Below are positions 36,769-46,540 of a stretch of DNA of 64,000 bases, piece after piece. The position numbers were made by a program, and so were the translations under genes. Origin of the DNA: a bacterium (lineage in GTDB: Bacteria > SZUA-79 > Acidulodesulfobacterales > Acidulodesulfobacteraceae); assembly GCA_021812245.1 (NCBI GenBank), contig JAKAOK010000004.1, positions 18,223 through 82,222 of the forward strand, read 5' to 3'. The notes beneath the pieces are model-generated. The model ran no database searches, was not told where the DNA came from, and was given only the letters and a program-made list of their open reading frames with translations. Each line of letters begins with the position of its first letter. The stretch's first letter is position 1.

Positions 36769-37853
36769 TCTTCACCCTGTTTTATCCTGAATCCGTTAAT
36801 GAAATCGATATAATTAATAACATTTTTCCCTTCCGGCTTAAGTTTTAAAAGCCTGATATAAATTCCTTTCTTAACGGTTGAAACTAATAATCCAGATTTA
36901 TCTGCGTTTATTATAATCCCCGCAGGAATATCCGGCATAATTCCCTGCGGCAGTGCATCGGGAAAATAATCCGCATAATCGCAGTAATCGAATACTGGAC
37001 TTTCTCCAGCCTTACCGAAACATTTTTCTTTTATTTCAATATCTTTTTCATCGGCGATCAATCTCGCTTCGATAATTTTAACGTTTTTATTCCTAAAAAC
37101 GAAAAATGTCCCGCCGGCTTCGGTAAAAGCCCTTGTTTTAGCATAAATATCTAAAGGATCGTCAAAGAAAAAATCCACTTTTAGTTCGTCCGATTTTATT
37201 AATTCCGTTAAAGAAAAAGAACCTGAATATGCCGAATCCTGCGGAAATCCGCACTGAGAAATATTTATTCTAAGTTTGAAAACCGTCTTGATAACTTCCG
37301 CCAGTAAAAATGCGCCTGATAAAGACAGCTTTTTATATAGGCTTGAAAAATATTCGTTTTTATCTATGCCGGTTTTTTGCTGCGCTATTATATGGCCGGT
37401 ATCGACGCCTGCGTCTAAAGCCATTATGGAAACTCCGCTGGATTTCATTCTTTTCAATATGGCATAATGTATCGGGCTCGGACCCCTTAAGTCCGGCAGT
37501 AACGAAGGGTGAAGATTTAAAACTCCGTATTTTGGAATATCTAATATTTCCGAAGGAAGAATAAGTCCAAAAGCCACAACGATAATTAAATCCAGATCTA
37601 ACGATTTTAAAAAATTTACCTCTTCAATATTATTTTTTAAGGTTTGGGGGGTCCTAACGCTTATTCCGCGTTCTCTCGCCGATTTATCTACAGGGGATGC
37701 CGCAAATTCTTTTTTTTTGTTATTCCAGACCGGCGGTTTGGTATAAACCGATTTTAAGCCGATTATATTAAACTTTTGCAATTCCGCAATATGAGACAAA
37801 GACTCCGATGCTATTTCCGGAGTCCCCATAAATACGGCATTCAAAGAAGACAT
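36759..37853 (-). CDS. fmt: methionyl-tRNA formyltransferase
   Basis: FMGTPEIA start and HPSLLP motif. Extended C-terminal domain (364 aa). Confidence 0.85.
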   Translation of the reverse strand: MSSLNAVFMGTPEIASESLSHIAELQKFNIIGLKSVYTKPPVWNNKKKEFAASPVDKSARERGISVRTPQTLKNNIEEVNFLKSLDLDLIIVVAFGLILPSEILDIPKYGVLNLHPSLLPDLRGPSPIHYAILKRMKSSGVSIMALDAGVDTGHIIAQQKTGIDKNEYFSSLYKKLSLSGAFLLAEVIKTVFKLRINISQCGFPQDSAYSGSFSLTELIKSDELKVDFFFDDPLDIYAKTRAFTEAGGTFFVFRNKNVKIIEARLIADEKDIEIKEKCFGKAGESPVFDYCDYADYFPDALPQGIMPDIPAGIIINADKSGLLVSTVKKGIYIRLLKLKPEGKNVINYIDFINGFRIKQGEECR

Positions 37854-37896
37854 AGGATGCTTTAAAATAGGATATTAAATTAAGTTAAGTAAATTT

Positions 37897-38478
37897 TTAA
37901 GAAGTGTAATCCGGCTCTTTTTCATGCTTTGCGGACTTCTTTTTCTTAAGCGAGGCGTTATATAAAGAGCGTTTTAATGGAGAAACTTTATCTATAAACA
38001 AAATTCCATCAAGATGGTCTATTTCGTGTTGAAAAGCGATAGACAGCAAATCTTTCGCTTCAACGACAAACTCCCTGCCTGAAATATCAAGCGCTTTGAC
38101 TTTTATTTCCAAAGCCCTTTCGACGTCGGCATTGAATTTAGGTATAGAAAGGCACCCTTCTTCATACGAGGTCTTCCCTTCTTTAAAAATTATTTCGGGA
38201 TTAACGGCTATTATTAAATCTTTATTGGCGGTCAGTATATCCGCTTCGTTAAGGAAACACGGCCTGTTCTTGTCCGATTTCCTGCCGACGTCTAAAACGG
38301 TTATGCGCTTACCTATTCCGGTCTGGGTTGCCGCAAGCCCGATGCCGTCGGCTCTATACATCGTGTAAACAAGGTCTTTAATTAAAGAAATATTGCCGGC
38401 AATTTCGTCTGGATTCAAGGGGCGCGCCTTCGTCCTTAGCTTTGGGTCCGGGTATTCTAATATTTTAAGAAATTGCAT
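37897..38478 (-). CDS. def: peptide deformylase
   Basis: GIGLAATQ, EGCLS and HEIDHL motifs. Confidence 0.9.
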   Translation of the reverse strand: MQFLKILEYPDPKLRTKARPLNPDEIAGNISLIKDLVYTMYRADGIGLAATQTGIGKRITVLDVGRKSDKNRPCFLNEADILTANKDLIIAVNPEIIFKEGKTSYEEGCLSIPKFNADVERALEIKVKALDISGREFVVEAKDLLSIAFQHEIDHLDGILFIDKVSPLKRSLYNASLKKKKSAKHEKEPDYTS

Positions 38479-38494
38479 TGCAGTGCTAATTAAA

Positions 38495-39034
38495 TTAATT
38501 ACCGCTACCTATTTTATTAAAATTAAAATTCTTTTGATAAATAACCAGCCCGTGAAGGGTTAAGGGAAGATTATATAAATGTTCCGTTGCCGCATTAGGC
38601 AATTCATGCCTGACGGGCTGAGGAGGGATTTTTAATGCGGCAAAACCGGCGGGAGTGTTCTTCCTTTTTACCCTCAGAATCGGACCGTGTTTTAAAGGCT
38701 GCGGTATCTCGCTTTGCGGCGTTATACTAAACATTCCGTTAATCTTTTTGGAATCGAACCATATTCCCTTGGCCCAAAAATAATAAGTCTTATTATAATA
38801 ATAATAGACTTTTTGGTTTCTTTTGTTGACATAGGCTCTTAGGTTTTTAGACATTTTAAGCATTATAAATTTTTTGCTTTCGGTATAATACTTTTTAGAC
38901 GGCTTCATAGCCGTTTCGGAATTTGCAAGCCCCGTGATTATTAAGATAAAAAAAACCGCAAGCGCAGCAAACCCTAAACGGATTAATATGAAATAGAAAC
39001 GGTTCTTATTGCGCGATGCCGATTTTTTAGACAT
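38495..39034 (-). CDS. hypothetical membrane-anchored protein
   Basis: 179 aa ORF with one TM helix and a Tyr/Lys-rich periplasmic part. No recognisable family. Confidence 0.4.
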   Translation of the reverse strand: MSKKSASRNKNRFYFILIRLGFAALAVFFILIITGLANSETAMKPSKKYYTESKKFIMLKMSKNLRAYVNKRNQKVYYYYNKTYYFWAKGIWFDSKKINGMFSITPQSEIPQPLKHGPILRVKRKNTPAGFAALKIPPQPVRHELPNAATEHLYNLPLTLHGLVIYQKNFNFNKIGSGN

Positions 39035-39232
39035 ATATGCCCTTTTTTTGATGTTTTTATAATTAAAGCTTTTATTTCATTATACATTATTAATAACAAA
39101 AATCAATTTTTTTATTAGTTTTTTTTATTAGTTTTATTAGGATTTTATTAAGATTTTTCTTGACTTTATAGCCGTATAAGATATATTAATATTAATTAAG
39201 GTGCTATTCTAACGTTAATAAGGAGATGCTAA

Positions 39233-39673
39233 ATGTTTAAAAAAATTCTATGTCCCGTTGATTTCAGCGATACTTCTATGAATGCAGCAAATAATGCCAT
39301 CAATTTTTCTTTGGAAATTAAAGCGGAGATAACGTTTATTCACATTATAGACATTCAGGCATTGCAAAATATAGGCGATTTATCCGGCGGCGGAATAAAC
39401 GATATCAATCTCTTGATAGAAGAAGAAAAACCCGTCTTAAGAAAACTTAAGGACGAGTGTGAAAAAAAGGGCATTAAAGTTAAGACTGTGCTGACCCACG
39501 GAGAGCCTATAAGCGTTATATTGGAAACGATAAAAGAAGACGGTCATGACCTTATAATTATGGGAACCCACGGGAAAACAGGCTTAACAAGATTAGTGCT
39601 TGGCTCGATAGCGGAAAACGTAATAAGAAAATCAGATATTCCGGTTTTATTATATCACTGTAAAAAATGCTGA
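39233..39673 (+). CDS. universal stress protein
   Basis: KILCPVDFS start and the GTHGKTGL...GSIAENV ATP-binding motif. Confidence 0.8.
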   Translation: MFKKILCPVDFSDTSMNAANNAINFSLEIKAEITFIHIIDIQALQNIGDLSGGGINDINLLIEEEKPVLRKLKDECEKKGIKVKTVLTHGEPISVILETIKEDGHDLIIMGTHGKTGLTRLVLGSIAENVIRKSDIPVLLYHCKKC

Positions 39674-39693
39674 CTAATAAATAAAATATAAGT

Positions 39694-40344
39694 TTATTCT
39701 TTGGAATATACTTCCATGACTTTTCCTAAAAATACGGCTTCCGGAACCGCTCCGACCACTTCGGAGGATTCGTTGACCACGGTTTTAGGAACGCTAAAAA
39801 CCGAATACTTATCCGAAAGATTAGGAAATTCCTGAATTTCTACGACATCTGAAGTAATATTGTCGTTTACTATCGCAAAATTATGTGCAAGAACCGCCGC
39901 CGGCGGACAATGAGGTCAGGTAGGGGTTACAAACACCTGAATATTAAAAGGTTTTATAATTTCTTTAAGTTTTTCTATGGTTTTTTCGGAAAGACCGGTT
40001 TCTTTGGCGGAAACGTTAATTATTCCATGAACAAGCGTCATAAATTCATGTCCCGCCGGCATACCGTAATAACGGACGCCGTAATCCCTGTCTCCTTCTA
40101 TAACGATAGCCGGAGTTCTTTTTATATTGTACTGCTTTACCTTGTCTGCATCTTTATCGAAGTCGTATTCTTCAAAGCTTATTTTATCGCTGAGACCGGA
40201 TACCTCAAGCAATATATCTTTTGCTTCCTTGCAATATAAACAGCCGTCTTCGGATTTAAAAAATATAAGCTTAATATTATTTTTAAGCTTATCCTTAAAA
40301 TCTTTCTTTAAAAATTCGGAATCCTGTTCGCTCAACAGAGGCAT
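39694..40344 (-). CDS. two-thioredoxin-fold protein disulfide oxidoreductase (glutaredoxin-like, PfPDO type) with in-frame TGA = probable selenocysteine (U143) in a UPHC active site
   Basis: The track ORF 39916..40344 ends ...IQVFVTPT-TGA (39916-39918). The same frame continues with no stop for 73 codons: PHCPPAAVLAHNFAIVNDNITSDVVEIQEFPNLSDKYSVFSVPKTVVNESSEVVGAVPEAVFLGKVMEVYSKE, ending TAA at 39694-39696. First domain has CLYC. GVRYYGMPAGHEF and VFVTPT-x-PxCP match the PDO family, where x is Cys. Confidence 0.7.
39894..39906 (-). promoter_or_regulatory. candidate SECIS core hairpin
   Basis: mRNA sequence CCGCC-GGC-GGCGG (5 GC pairs, GGC loop) starts 9 nt 3' of the UGA. Confidence 0.35.
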
Positions 40345-40443
40345 ATTTTTATCCTTTATAATTTTAACAATTTTTTCTTTTTTTATTATATAATAGTTTA
40401 CAAACTAATTTCAACAATTAAATAAATTCAATTTAAAAAAAAT

Positions 40444-41136
40444 ATGCAGCCTAAACTTCATAATTATTGCATAGATAAAACTTTTGAACTTCTGTATAAC
40501 GACTCAGGAAGCAATGCCTTAAAAACTATTTTTGACCGCCGCATTTCGGTAGTCGGGGTGGACGAGCGGATTAAGCTGATGCATCACGGCTCTTACATAA
40601 TCGACAGGCTGGCGATAAAAAAATTAAGGATTCACTGGTTTGGAGGACATTACCTGTATCCACATTCCCATGCCGGCTATATAAGAGGGTTTTCCGATGC
40701 AGGCACAAAATGTTTTCAGCTGTTTAATATAGCCGTAAAAGATTGGGAATACGGCAGGTTTAAAAAATCCCTGATTGCGCTTGGCGGAGCCGTTCACCTG
40801 GTTCAGGATTTATGCATCCCTTTTCATACCACGAATCTTGCCCTTAAAAAACATATACTTTTCGAAAGATGGATGTCTTCACACTATTTAGACGTAAATT
40901 TGAAATTAGAACGGGGTTTATATAAATTTAAATCGTTAAAGGGACACTATAAGGATACGCATCCTTTTGGATGGGTAGATTACAACGCCCATAATTCTTC
41001 GATGTTTTTACCGGAATTGCTGTACGCAAAAACTAAAACGGAATATTTTGGCGCTATGAATAGAATTTTGCCTGAAGCCATAAAAACTTCTGCCGGTTTT
41101 CTGGAGTTATTTGCACAAAAAGTCGCTAAAGCATGA
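40444..41136 (+). CDS. zinc-dependent phospholipase C-like protein
   Basis: His-rich motifs (YPHSH, AVHLVQDLCIPFH) resemble the zinc PLC / S1-P1 nuclease-type fold. Weak assignment. Confidence 0.4.
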   Translation: MQPKLHNYCIDKTFELLYNDSGSNALKTIFDRRISVVGVDERIKLMHHGSYIIDRLAIKKLRIHWFGGHYLYPHSHAGYIRGFSDAGTKCFQLFNIAVKDWEYGRFKKSLIALGGAVHLVQDLCIPFHTTNLALKKHILFERWMSSHYLDVNLKLERGLYKFKSLKGHYKDTHPFGWVDYNAHNSSMFLPELLYAKTKTEYFGAMNRILPEAIKTSAGFLELFAQKVAKA

Positions 41137-42293
41137 AAAAAACTTCCGCAACATCTTTTCTCTCGGAGGCGCCCGTGCAGGAGGCGTTTATTTTTAACCA
41201 TGGCGGCAATATTTTGCCATACGGATATAAAAGCGGGATAATCGACTTCTCGGCAAATATTAACCCGTCTGGATTAAGCAAAAAAGCGGCTGAGATTTTA
41301 AAAGACTTTAAATTGTTAAAATTCTATACGGAAAATTATCCGGAAATATATTCCGAATCATTTATACAAGCCTTATCCGATTACCACGGCATCGATAAAA
41401 AATACATATTTCCCGGCGCCGGGGCCGCCGACCTTATCTTTAATATCGTCAATATTTTAAATCCGAACAATATTATTATCGTCGAGCCTTCTTTTTCGGA
41501 ATACGAAAGGGCGGCGGCTCTGCAGGTCGGAAAGTCGAATATAATTCATATAAATACGTATTTTTCCGAAAATTTTGAACTAAAAGGCAAAAGTTTGTCA
41601 AAACTTTTAGAAAATATCAAAAAGCTCGATAAAAACGACTTAATTTTTATTGCAAGTCCGTCAAACCCTGCGGGGGCGATAACGCGGATAAATGTCGTAA
41701 CGGAAATCTTAAAACAGGTAAAAACAAAAAAAGCTTTTTTAGTTTTAGACGAATCTTTTATGGATTTTTGCGAAGAATTTTCGTCAAAATCATTTATAGC
41801 CGACGGCGGAAAGTTCGATAATTTAATAATAATAAGGTCTATGACGAAATTTTTCGCAATGCCAGGGCAAAGATTAGGATATATTTTCGCAAACCCCGAA
41901 ATTACAATAAAACTCGCCGGAGCATCGGCGCCGTGGAAAGTAACTTCTCTATCCGCTGAAATCGCTTCCGCATCTTTAAAAGACAAAGATTATATTTTAA
42001 AGTCGCATAATTTATTAAGCAAATTTAAAAAAGACTTTCTGGATAAACTTAAAAAATTAAAATCTTTTGAAATAATACCGGGCACGGCAAATTTTTTTTT
42101 AATAAAAATAAAAAATGCCGGATTTAACGCAGGGGATTTAAAAAACTATTTGCTTAAATACGGCATTTTAATCAGACATTGCGGCGGCTACCGCAGTCTG
42201 GACTGTAAATATTTCAGGATAGCGGTCAGGAAAAAATCCGACAACGATTATTTAATACAAAAATTAAAAGAATTTGAAGCGAAAATCCGGTAA
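41133..42293 (+). CDS. cobD: PLP-dependent class II aminotransferase family, threonine-phosphate decarboxylase (CobD)-like
   Basis: HGGN...IDFSANINP N-terminal signature, SPSNPAG, and SMTKFFAMPGQRLG (PLP lysine). Confidence 0.6.
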   Translation: MKKTSATSFLSEAPVQEAFIFNHGGNILPYGYKSGIIDFSANINPSGLSKKAAEILKDFKLLKFYTENYPEIYSESFIQALSDYHGIDKKYIFPGAGAADLIFNIVNILNPNNIIIVEPSFSEYERAAALQVGKSNIIHINTYFSENFELKGKSLSKLLENIKKLDKNDLIFIASPSNPAGAITRINVVTEILKQVKTKKAFLVLDESFMDFCEEFSSKSFIADGGKFDNLIIIRSMTKFFAMPGQRLGYIFANPEITIKLAGASAPWKVTSLSAEIASASLKDKDYILKSHNLLSKFKKDFLDKLKKLKSFEIIPGTANFFLIKIKNAGFNAGDLKNYLLKYGILIRHCGGYRSLDCKYFRIAVRKKSDNDYLIQKLKEFEAKIR

Positions 42294-42328
42294 AAGTAAA
42301 ACTTATATCGTCGATTTTCGGCAATGAA

Positions 42329-44278
42329 TCAATTATGGAAATAATCGTAAATATTTTTTGCAGTCTTTTTGTTTACGCCCTTAACAGCCGCTAATTCATC
42401 CGCCGCCGCCTTTTTTATATTTTTCACGCTGCCGAGGCTCTTAACAAGGCTGCCGTAAATTATATTTCCTACGCCGTCGATATTCAATAATTCCGAAGTA
42501 ATCAAAGACTTAGTCTTGATTTTTAAATAATACGATACGGCAAACCTGTGGGCTTCGTCTCTTAAACGCATAAGCATAAAAATTTCTTCCCTGTTTTTTC
42601 CGAAATTGACCTCGTTTTTCCTGTTTGGAATATAAATTTTATCTATTTCGTTATTCTTTTTATTTCCTTCCGCATCTTTTGCTTTTGCTATCGCAATAAG
42701 GGCAGGCATATTTTCCGCGCTTATGCGTCCATTTTCGGTAAAATCTTTTGCCGCCCTTACGAGAACGTTAAGCTGTCCTTTTCCGCCGTCAACCATAAGA
42801 ACGTCCGGCAGAGGGTCTTTTCCTGAGGCGGCATTGCCGAAACGCCTGCTTAAAGCTTCGTACATCATTGCGTAATCGTCCGGGGTATTTTTTGATTTTA
42901 TCCTGTAGCGCCTGTATAAAGAAATGTCTTTTTCGCCGTTTCTAAAAACTGCCTTAGATGCAACAGCATATGTCCCGGAAATGTTTGATATATCGAAACA
43001 TTCTATAATTTCCGGAATTTTATTTAACCGCAGGATGTCTTTTAACGTATTCAGCCTTTTTACTGTTACGGCGCTATTTTCTTTGCCTGCGGGATTTGTT
43101 TCTTCTATGTTTTCTACGGCTCTACCGCCGCCCGCCTTCTCGAAAAAGTTCTTTTTTGCATTTTCTAAAGCCATAGCCGCGACGGTTTCGTATTTATTTT
43201 TGTTTCTTACCGAGCTTTTCGCATCTAAAATCTTAACATTTTTAGAGGAAAATTGCTTAATATATATGGCAAGGCTCTTTTTATCCTCGTCTTCTATTTT
43301 TACGGGTATAAATATCTCGTCCGGAATATTTGCGCCTGTTTCTAAATTTTTGGCGTAATACCTGTTCAAAAAAGCCGAAAGCATCTCTCCGTCGTTTAAA
43401 TATATATTCTTAAAAAAGAAATTCTCGGTTCCGGTAACCCTGCCGTTCCTTATAATAAGAACTACGACGTCTAATTTGTCGTTTTGCGAATAAAATCCTA
43501 TAACGTCAATATCTTTTTCTTCCTTAAGCACTACCGCCTGTTTTTCGTTAATAGTTATTATAGCATTGATTTTATCCCTCAATTTTATGGCGGCCTCAAA
43601 ATTTAATTCTTTAACGTACGCATTCATCGACTGTTTCATCGCTTTTATCAACTGCCTGTTTTTCCCGTTCAACATAAGCCTTATCCCGTCGATGGATTTT
43701 TTATACGCCTCTATATCGGCATACCCGCAGCAGGGAGCCAAACACCTGTTTATCTGATAATAAAGGCACGGCTTCCCCCGGGCGGCATAAGAATTGAATT
43801 TATTATCGGTGCACGTCCTCATTTTAAATATCCTGTTTATCGTTTTTATCGTTTCGTTTACGGCAAAAGCGCTTGAATACGGACCGAAATATTCGCCGTC
43901 CCCTTTCTTAAAACTCCTTGTTTTAAGGATATAAGGGAAACCGGTTTTCGTCTTTGCTATTTTTATATAGGGATATGATTTGTCGTCTTTAAGGCTTATG
44001 TTGTATTTAGGCTTATACTGCTTTATCAGCGTATTTTCTAGCAGAAAAGCTTCCAATTCGTTGGCGGAAATTATAGTCTCTATATCGTAAATTTTTGAAA
44101 CAAGATGTTCGGTTTTGATACCGGCATTTTTACCGGAAAAATATTGAGAAACCCTTTTTTTCAAATTTTTTGCTTTGCCGACGTAAATGACATCCCCGCT
44201 TATATTTTTCATAATATAAACGCCCGGGGACATGGAAATATTTTTAAGTTTTACGGCTAAATCTTCGTTCATAATCAA
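42329..44278 (-). CDS. uvrC: excinuclease ABC subunit C
   Basis: GIY-YIG N-terminus (GVYIMKN...[14 protein letters not shown]), UVR domain, C-terminal HhH. Confidence 0.95.
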   Translation of the reverse strand: MIMNEDLAVKLKNISMSPGVYIMKNISGDVIYVGKAKNLKKRVSQYFSGKNAGIKTEHLVSKIYDIETIISANELEAFLLENTLIKQYKPKYNISLKDDKSYPYIKIAKTKTGFPYILKTRSFKKGDGEYFGPYSSAFAVNETIKTINRIFKMRTCTDNKFNSYAARGKPCLYYQINRCLAPCCGYADIEAYKKSIDGIRLMLNGKNRQLIKAMKQSMNAYVKELNFEAAIKLRDKINAIITINEKQAVVLKEEKDIDVIGFYSQNDKLDVVVLIIRNGRVTGTENFFFKNIYLNDGEMLSAFLNRYYAKNLETGANIPDEIFIPVKIEDEDKKSLAIYIKQFSSKNVKILDAKSSVRNKNKYETVAAMALENAKKNFFEKAGGGRAVENIEETNPAGKENSAVTVKRLNTLKDILRLNKIPEIIECFDISNISGTYAVASKAVFRNGEKDISLYRRYRIKSKNTPDDYAMMYEALSRRFGNAASGKDPLPDVLMVDGGKGQLNVLVRAAKDFTENGRISAENMPALIAIAKAKDAEGNKKNNEIDKIYIPNRKNEVNFGKNREEIFMLMRLRDEAHRFAVSYYLKIKTKSLITSELLNIDGVGNIIYGSLVKSLGSVKNIKKAAADELAAVKGVNKKTAKNIYDYFHN

Positions 44279-46278
44279 ACCGCATCCATTAACAGCATAT
44301 TTTTTTTAATATTGCCGATTTCGTCCCTAATGCGGGCGGCTTCTTCAAAATTAAGCTCCTTCACGGCTTTTTTCATTTTCTTGGACAAATTTTTTATGAG
44401 CCTTTCGGCTTCTTTAGGGTCGATAATGAGCGGGGAATTTTCGTCAAAACCTCCGGAGATATCGATATAATCCTGTTCGAATATAGTAGTCAACAGTCCG
44501 GCTATGTTTTTTTGTATAGATTTAGGAGTAATGTTATTTTCTTTGTTAAACGCTTCCTGAATTTTCCTTCTTCTTTCGGTTTCCGAAATCGCAAACTTCA
44601 TCGAATCGGTCATTTTATTTCCGTAAAGTATTACTTTCCCTTTAATGTTTCTTGCCGCCCTGCCTATAGTCTGGATAAGCGATGTTTTTGAACGAAGGAA
44701 GCCTTCTTTGTCGGCGTCTAAGATGCCTATAAGCTCCACTTCCGGAATGTCCAAGCCTTCCCTTAAAAGATTTATTCCGACCAGAACATCGAACTCGCCG
44801 AGTCTCAACTCTCTTATAATTTGAAATCTTTCTAGCGAAGCTATATCCGAGTGCAGATATTTTGCTTTGACGCCGCTATCCGTCAAAAAATCCGACAGGT
44901 CCTCCGACATTCTTTTAGTGAGAGTGGTTACAAGAGCTCTTCCTCCTCCGGCAACAGTCTTTTTAATTTCGCCTATTATATCATCGACTTGATTTGTTTC
45001 CGGTCTTACCTCGACTTCAGGGTCGATTAATCCCGTAGGACGGATTATCTGCTCGACGACTTGCGAACTCACGCTCAGCTCATACTCGGCAGGCGTAGCG
45101 GAAACAAAGATAAGGTTTTTTATATGGGACGAAAATTCCTCGAAATTCAGCGGTCGATTGTCTAATGCGCAGGGAAGCCTGAAACCGTATTCCACGAGAG
45201 TCGATTTTCTTGAAATATCCCCGTTATACATTCCCCTGATTTGCGGAACCGAAACGTGGGATTCGTCAATCATAATTATAAAATCGTCGGGAAAATAGTC
45301 CAGAAGCGTGGGCGGCGGCTCCCCCTTTTTTCTTCCCGTCAAATGCCTCGAATAATTTTCTATGCCGGAACAGTAGCCCATTTCCTGCATCATTTCAAGG
45401 TCATACATCGTCCTCTGTTCAAGCCTCTGCGCTTCGACAAGTTTGCCCATAGCCTTAAGCTCCATTAACCTTTCTTTTAATTCTTCCTTTATGGATTTGA
45501 CGGCGCTCTTTAAGGTAACCTCGTCGGCAACGTAATGCGATGCAGGATAAATTGCGGCTTTGGAAAGCCTTCGCGTAACGGCGCCTCTTAATGGGTCTAT
45601 CTCGGCAATCATAGATATCTCGTCGCCGAAAAATTCAATCCTAAGCGCAATTTCTTCTTCGTAAGCCGGAAAAATATCGACTATATCGCCTCTGACCCTG
45701 AACGTTCCGCGGTGAAAATCTATATCGTTTCTTTCGTATCTTATGTCGGTCAGTTTATTAAGAATATCGCTTAGATTTGCCTCATCCCCTTTCTTTACTT
45801 CAAGAAGCATATTGGCATAACTTTCGGGCGACCCTAATCCATAAATACAGGAAACGGACGCTATCACTATGACGTCCCGCCTCGAAAGAATGGAACGCGT
45901 GGCGGAATGTTTCATTTTATCAATCTGGTCGTTAATGGCCGAATCTTTTTCTATGTAAAGGTCTTTTGATGGGACATATGCTTCGGGCTGGTAATAATCG
46001 TAATAGCTTATAAAAAACTCCACGGCATTTTCGGGAAAGAGGGCTTTAAACTCGGAATAAAGCTGTCCGGCAAGAGTTTTATTCGGCGCAATTATAAGAG
46101 CCGGCCTTTCAAGCTCTTTAATAACGTTCGCCATTGTAAAGGTTTTTCCAGACCCGGTTACCCCCAAAAGAGTCTGATACCTTAGATTTTTATCTCTTAT
46201 ACCGCCTATTAACGAACTTATCGCCTGAGGCTGGTCCCCGGCAGGGCTGTTTTCCGAAACAAGGCTAAATGACTCCAT
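44275..46278 (-). CDS. uvrB: excinuclease ABC subunit B
   Basis: Walker A GVTGSGKT, helicase motifs, C-terminal UVR domain. Overlaps uvrC by 4 nt. Confidence 0.95.
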   Translation of the reverse strand: MESFSLVSENSPAGDQPQAISSLIGGIRDKNLRYQTLLGVTGSGKTFTMANVIKELERPALIIAPNKTLAGQLYSEFKALFPENAVEFFISYYDYYQPEAYVPSKDLYIEKDSAINDQIDKMKHSATRSILSRRDVIVIASVSCIYGLGSPESYANMLLEVKKGDEANLSDILNKLTDIRYERNDIDFHRGTFRVRGDIVDIFPAYEEEIALRIEFFGDEISMIAEIDPLRGAVTRRLSKAAIYPASHYVADEVTLKSAVKSIKEELKERLMELKAMGKLVEAQRLEQRTMYDLEMMQEMGYCSGIENYSRHLTGRKKGEPPPTLLDYFPDDFIIMIDESHVSVPQIRGMYNGDISRKSTLVEYGFRLPCALDNRPLNFEEFSSHIKNLIFVSATPAEYELSVSSQVVEQIIRPTGLIDPEVEVRPETNQVDDIIGEIKKTVAGGGRALVTTLTKRMSEDLSDFLTDSGVKAKYLHSDIASLERFQIIRELRLGEFDVLVGINLLREGLDIPEVELIGILDADKEGFLRSKTSLIQTIGRAARNIKGKVILYGNKMTDSMKFAISETERRRKIQEAFNKENNITPKSIQKNIAGLLTTIFEQDYIDISGGFDENSPLIIDPKEAERLIKNLSKKMKKAVKELNFEEAARIRDEIGNIKKNMLLMDAV

Positions 46279-46350
46279 AATATAATTATTTTATCATTTT
46301 TTGTGGGAAATATCCTATCGAATTATCGCCTGCTCATTCTTATTTTCGGA

Positions 46351-46430
46351 GCAAAAAATACCGCCGTCGCAGTCACTGGTTTTTAACGTCCAATGTGCTT
46401 AAAGTTAAGCATTAAACTGACTGACGGCGG
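46351..46430 (-). terminator. long imperfect GC-clamped hairpin followed by a T-run (minus strand)
   Basis: CCGCCGTC ... GACGGCGG 8-bp clamp enclosing about 54 nt with further pairing. On the minus strand it is followed by TATTTTTT. Lies between IS copy 2 and uvrB. Confidence 0.4.
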
Positions 46431-46540
46431 CATGCTGCTTAAAAATATATATTCGGGAATATCTTTGCCTTAAACCTATTTTCTATTTTCTTTCCTTTAA
46501 TTTAATTATAACGCATATTTTTGAAATTTCAAGCCGTTCC

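Noticed and set aside
39883-40239. 118-aa plus-strand ORF covering the TGA region of the oxidoreductase gene
   Set aside because: It is antisense to a well-supported thioredoxin-fold gene, has a low-complexity Arg/Phe/Tyr-rich translation and has no start context. It is an artefact of the opposite-strand coding sequence.
46361-46430. Possibility that the 70-nt hairpin with an 8-bp GC acceptor-like stem is tRNA-Sec
   Set aside because: No UCA anticodon sits in a 7-nt loop on either strand, there is no GTTCRA T-loop, and there is no D-arm. The sequence folds as a rod rather than a cloverleaf.
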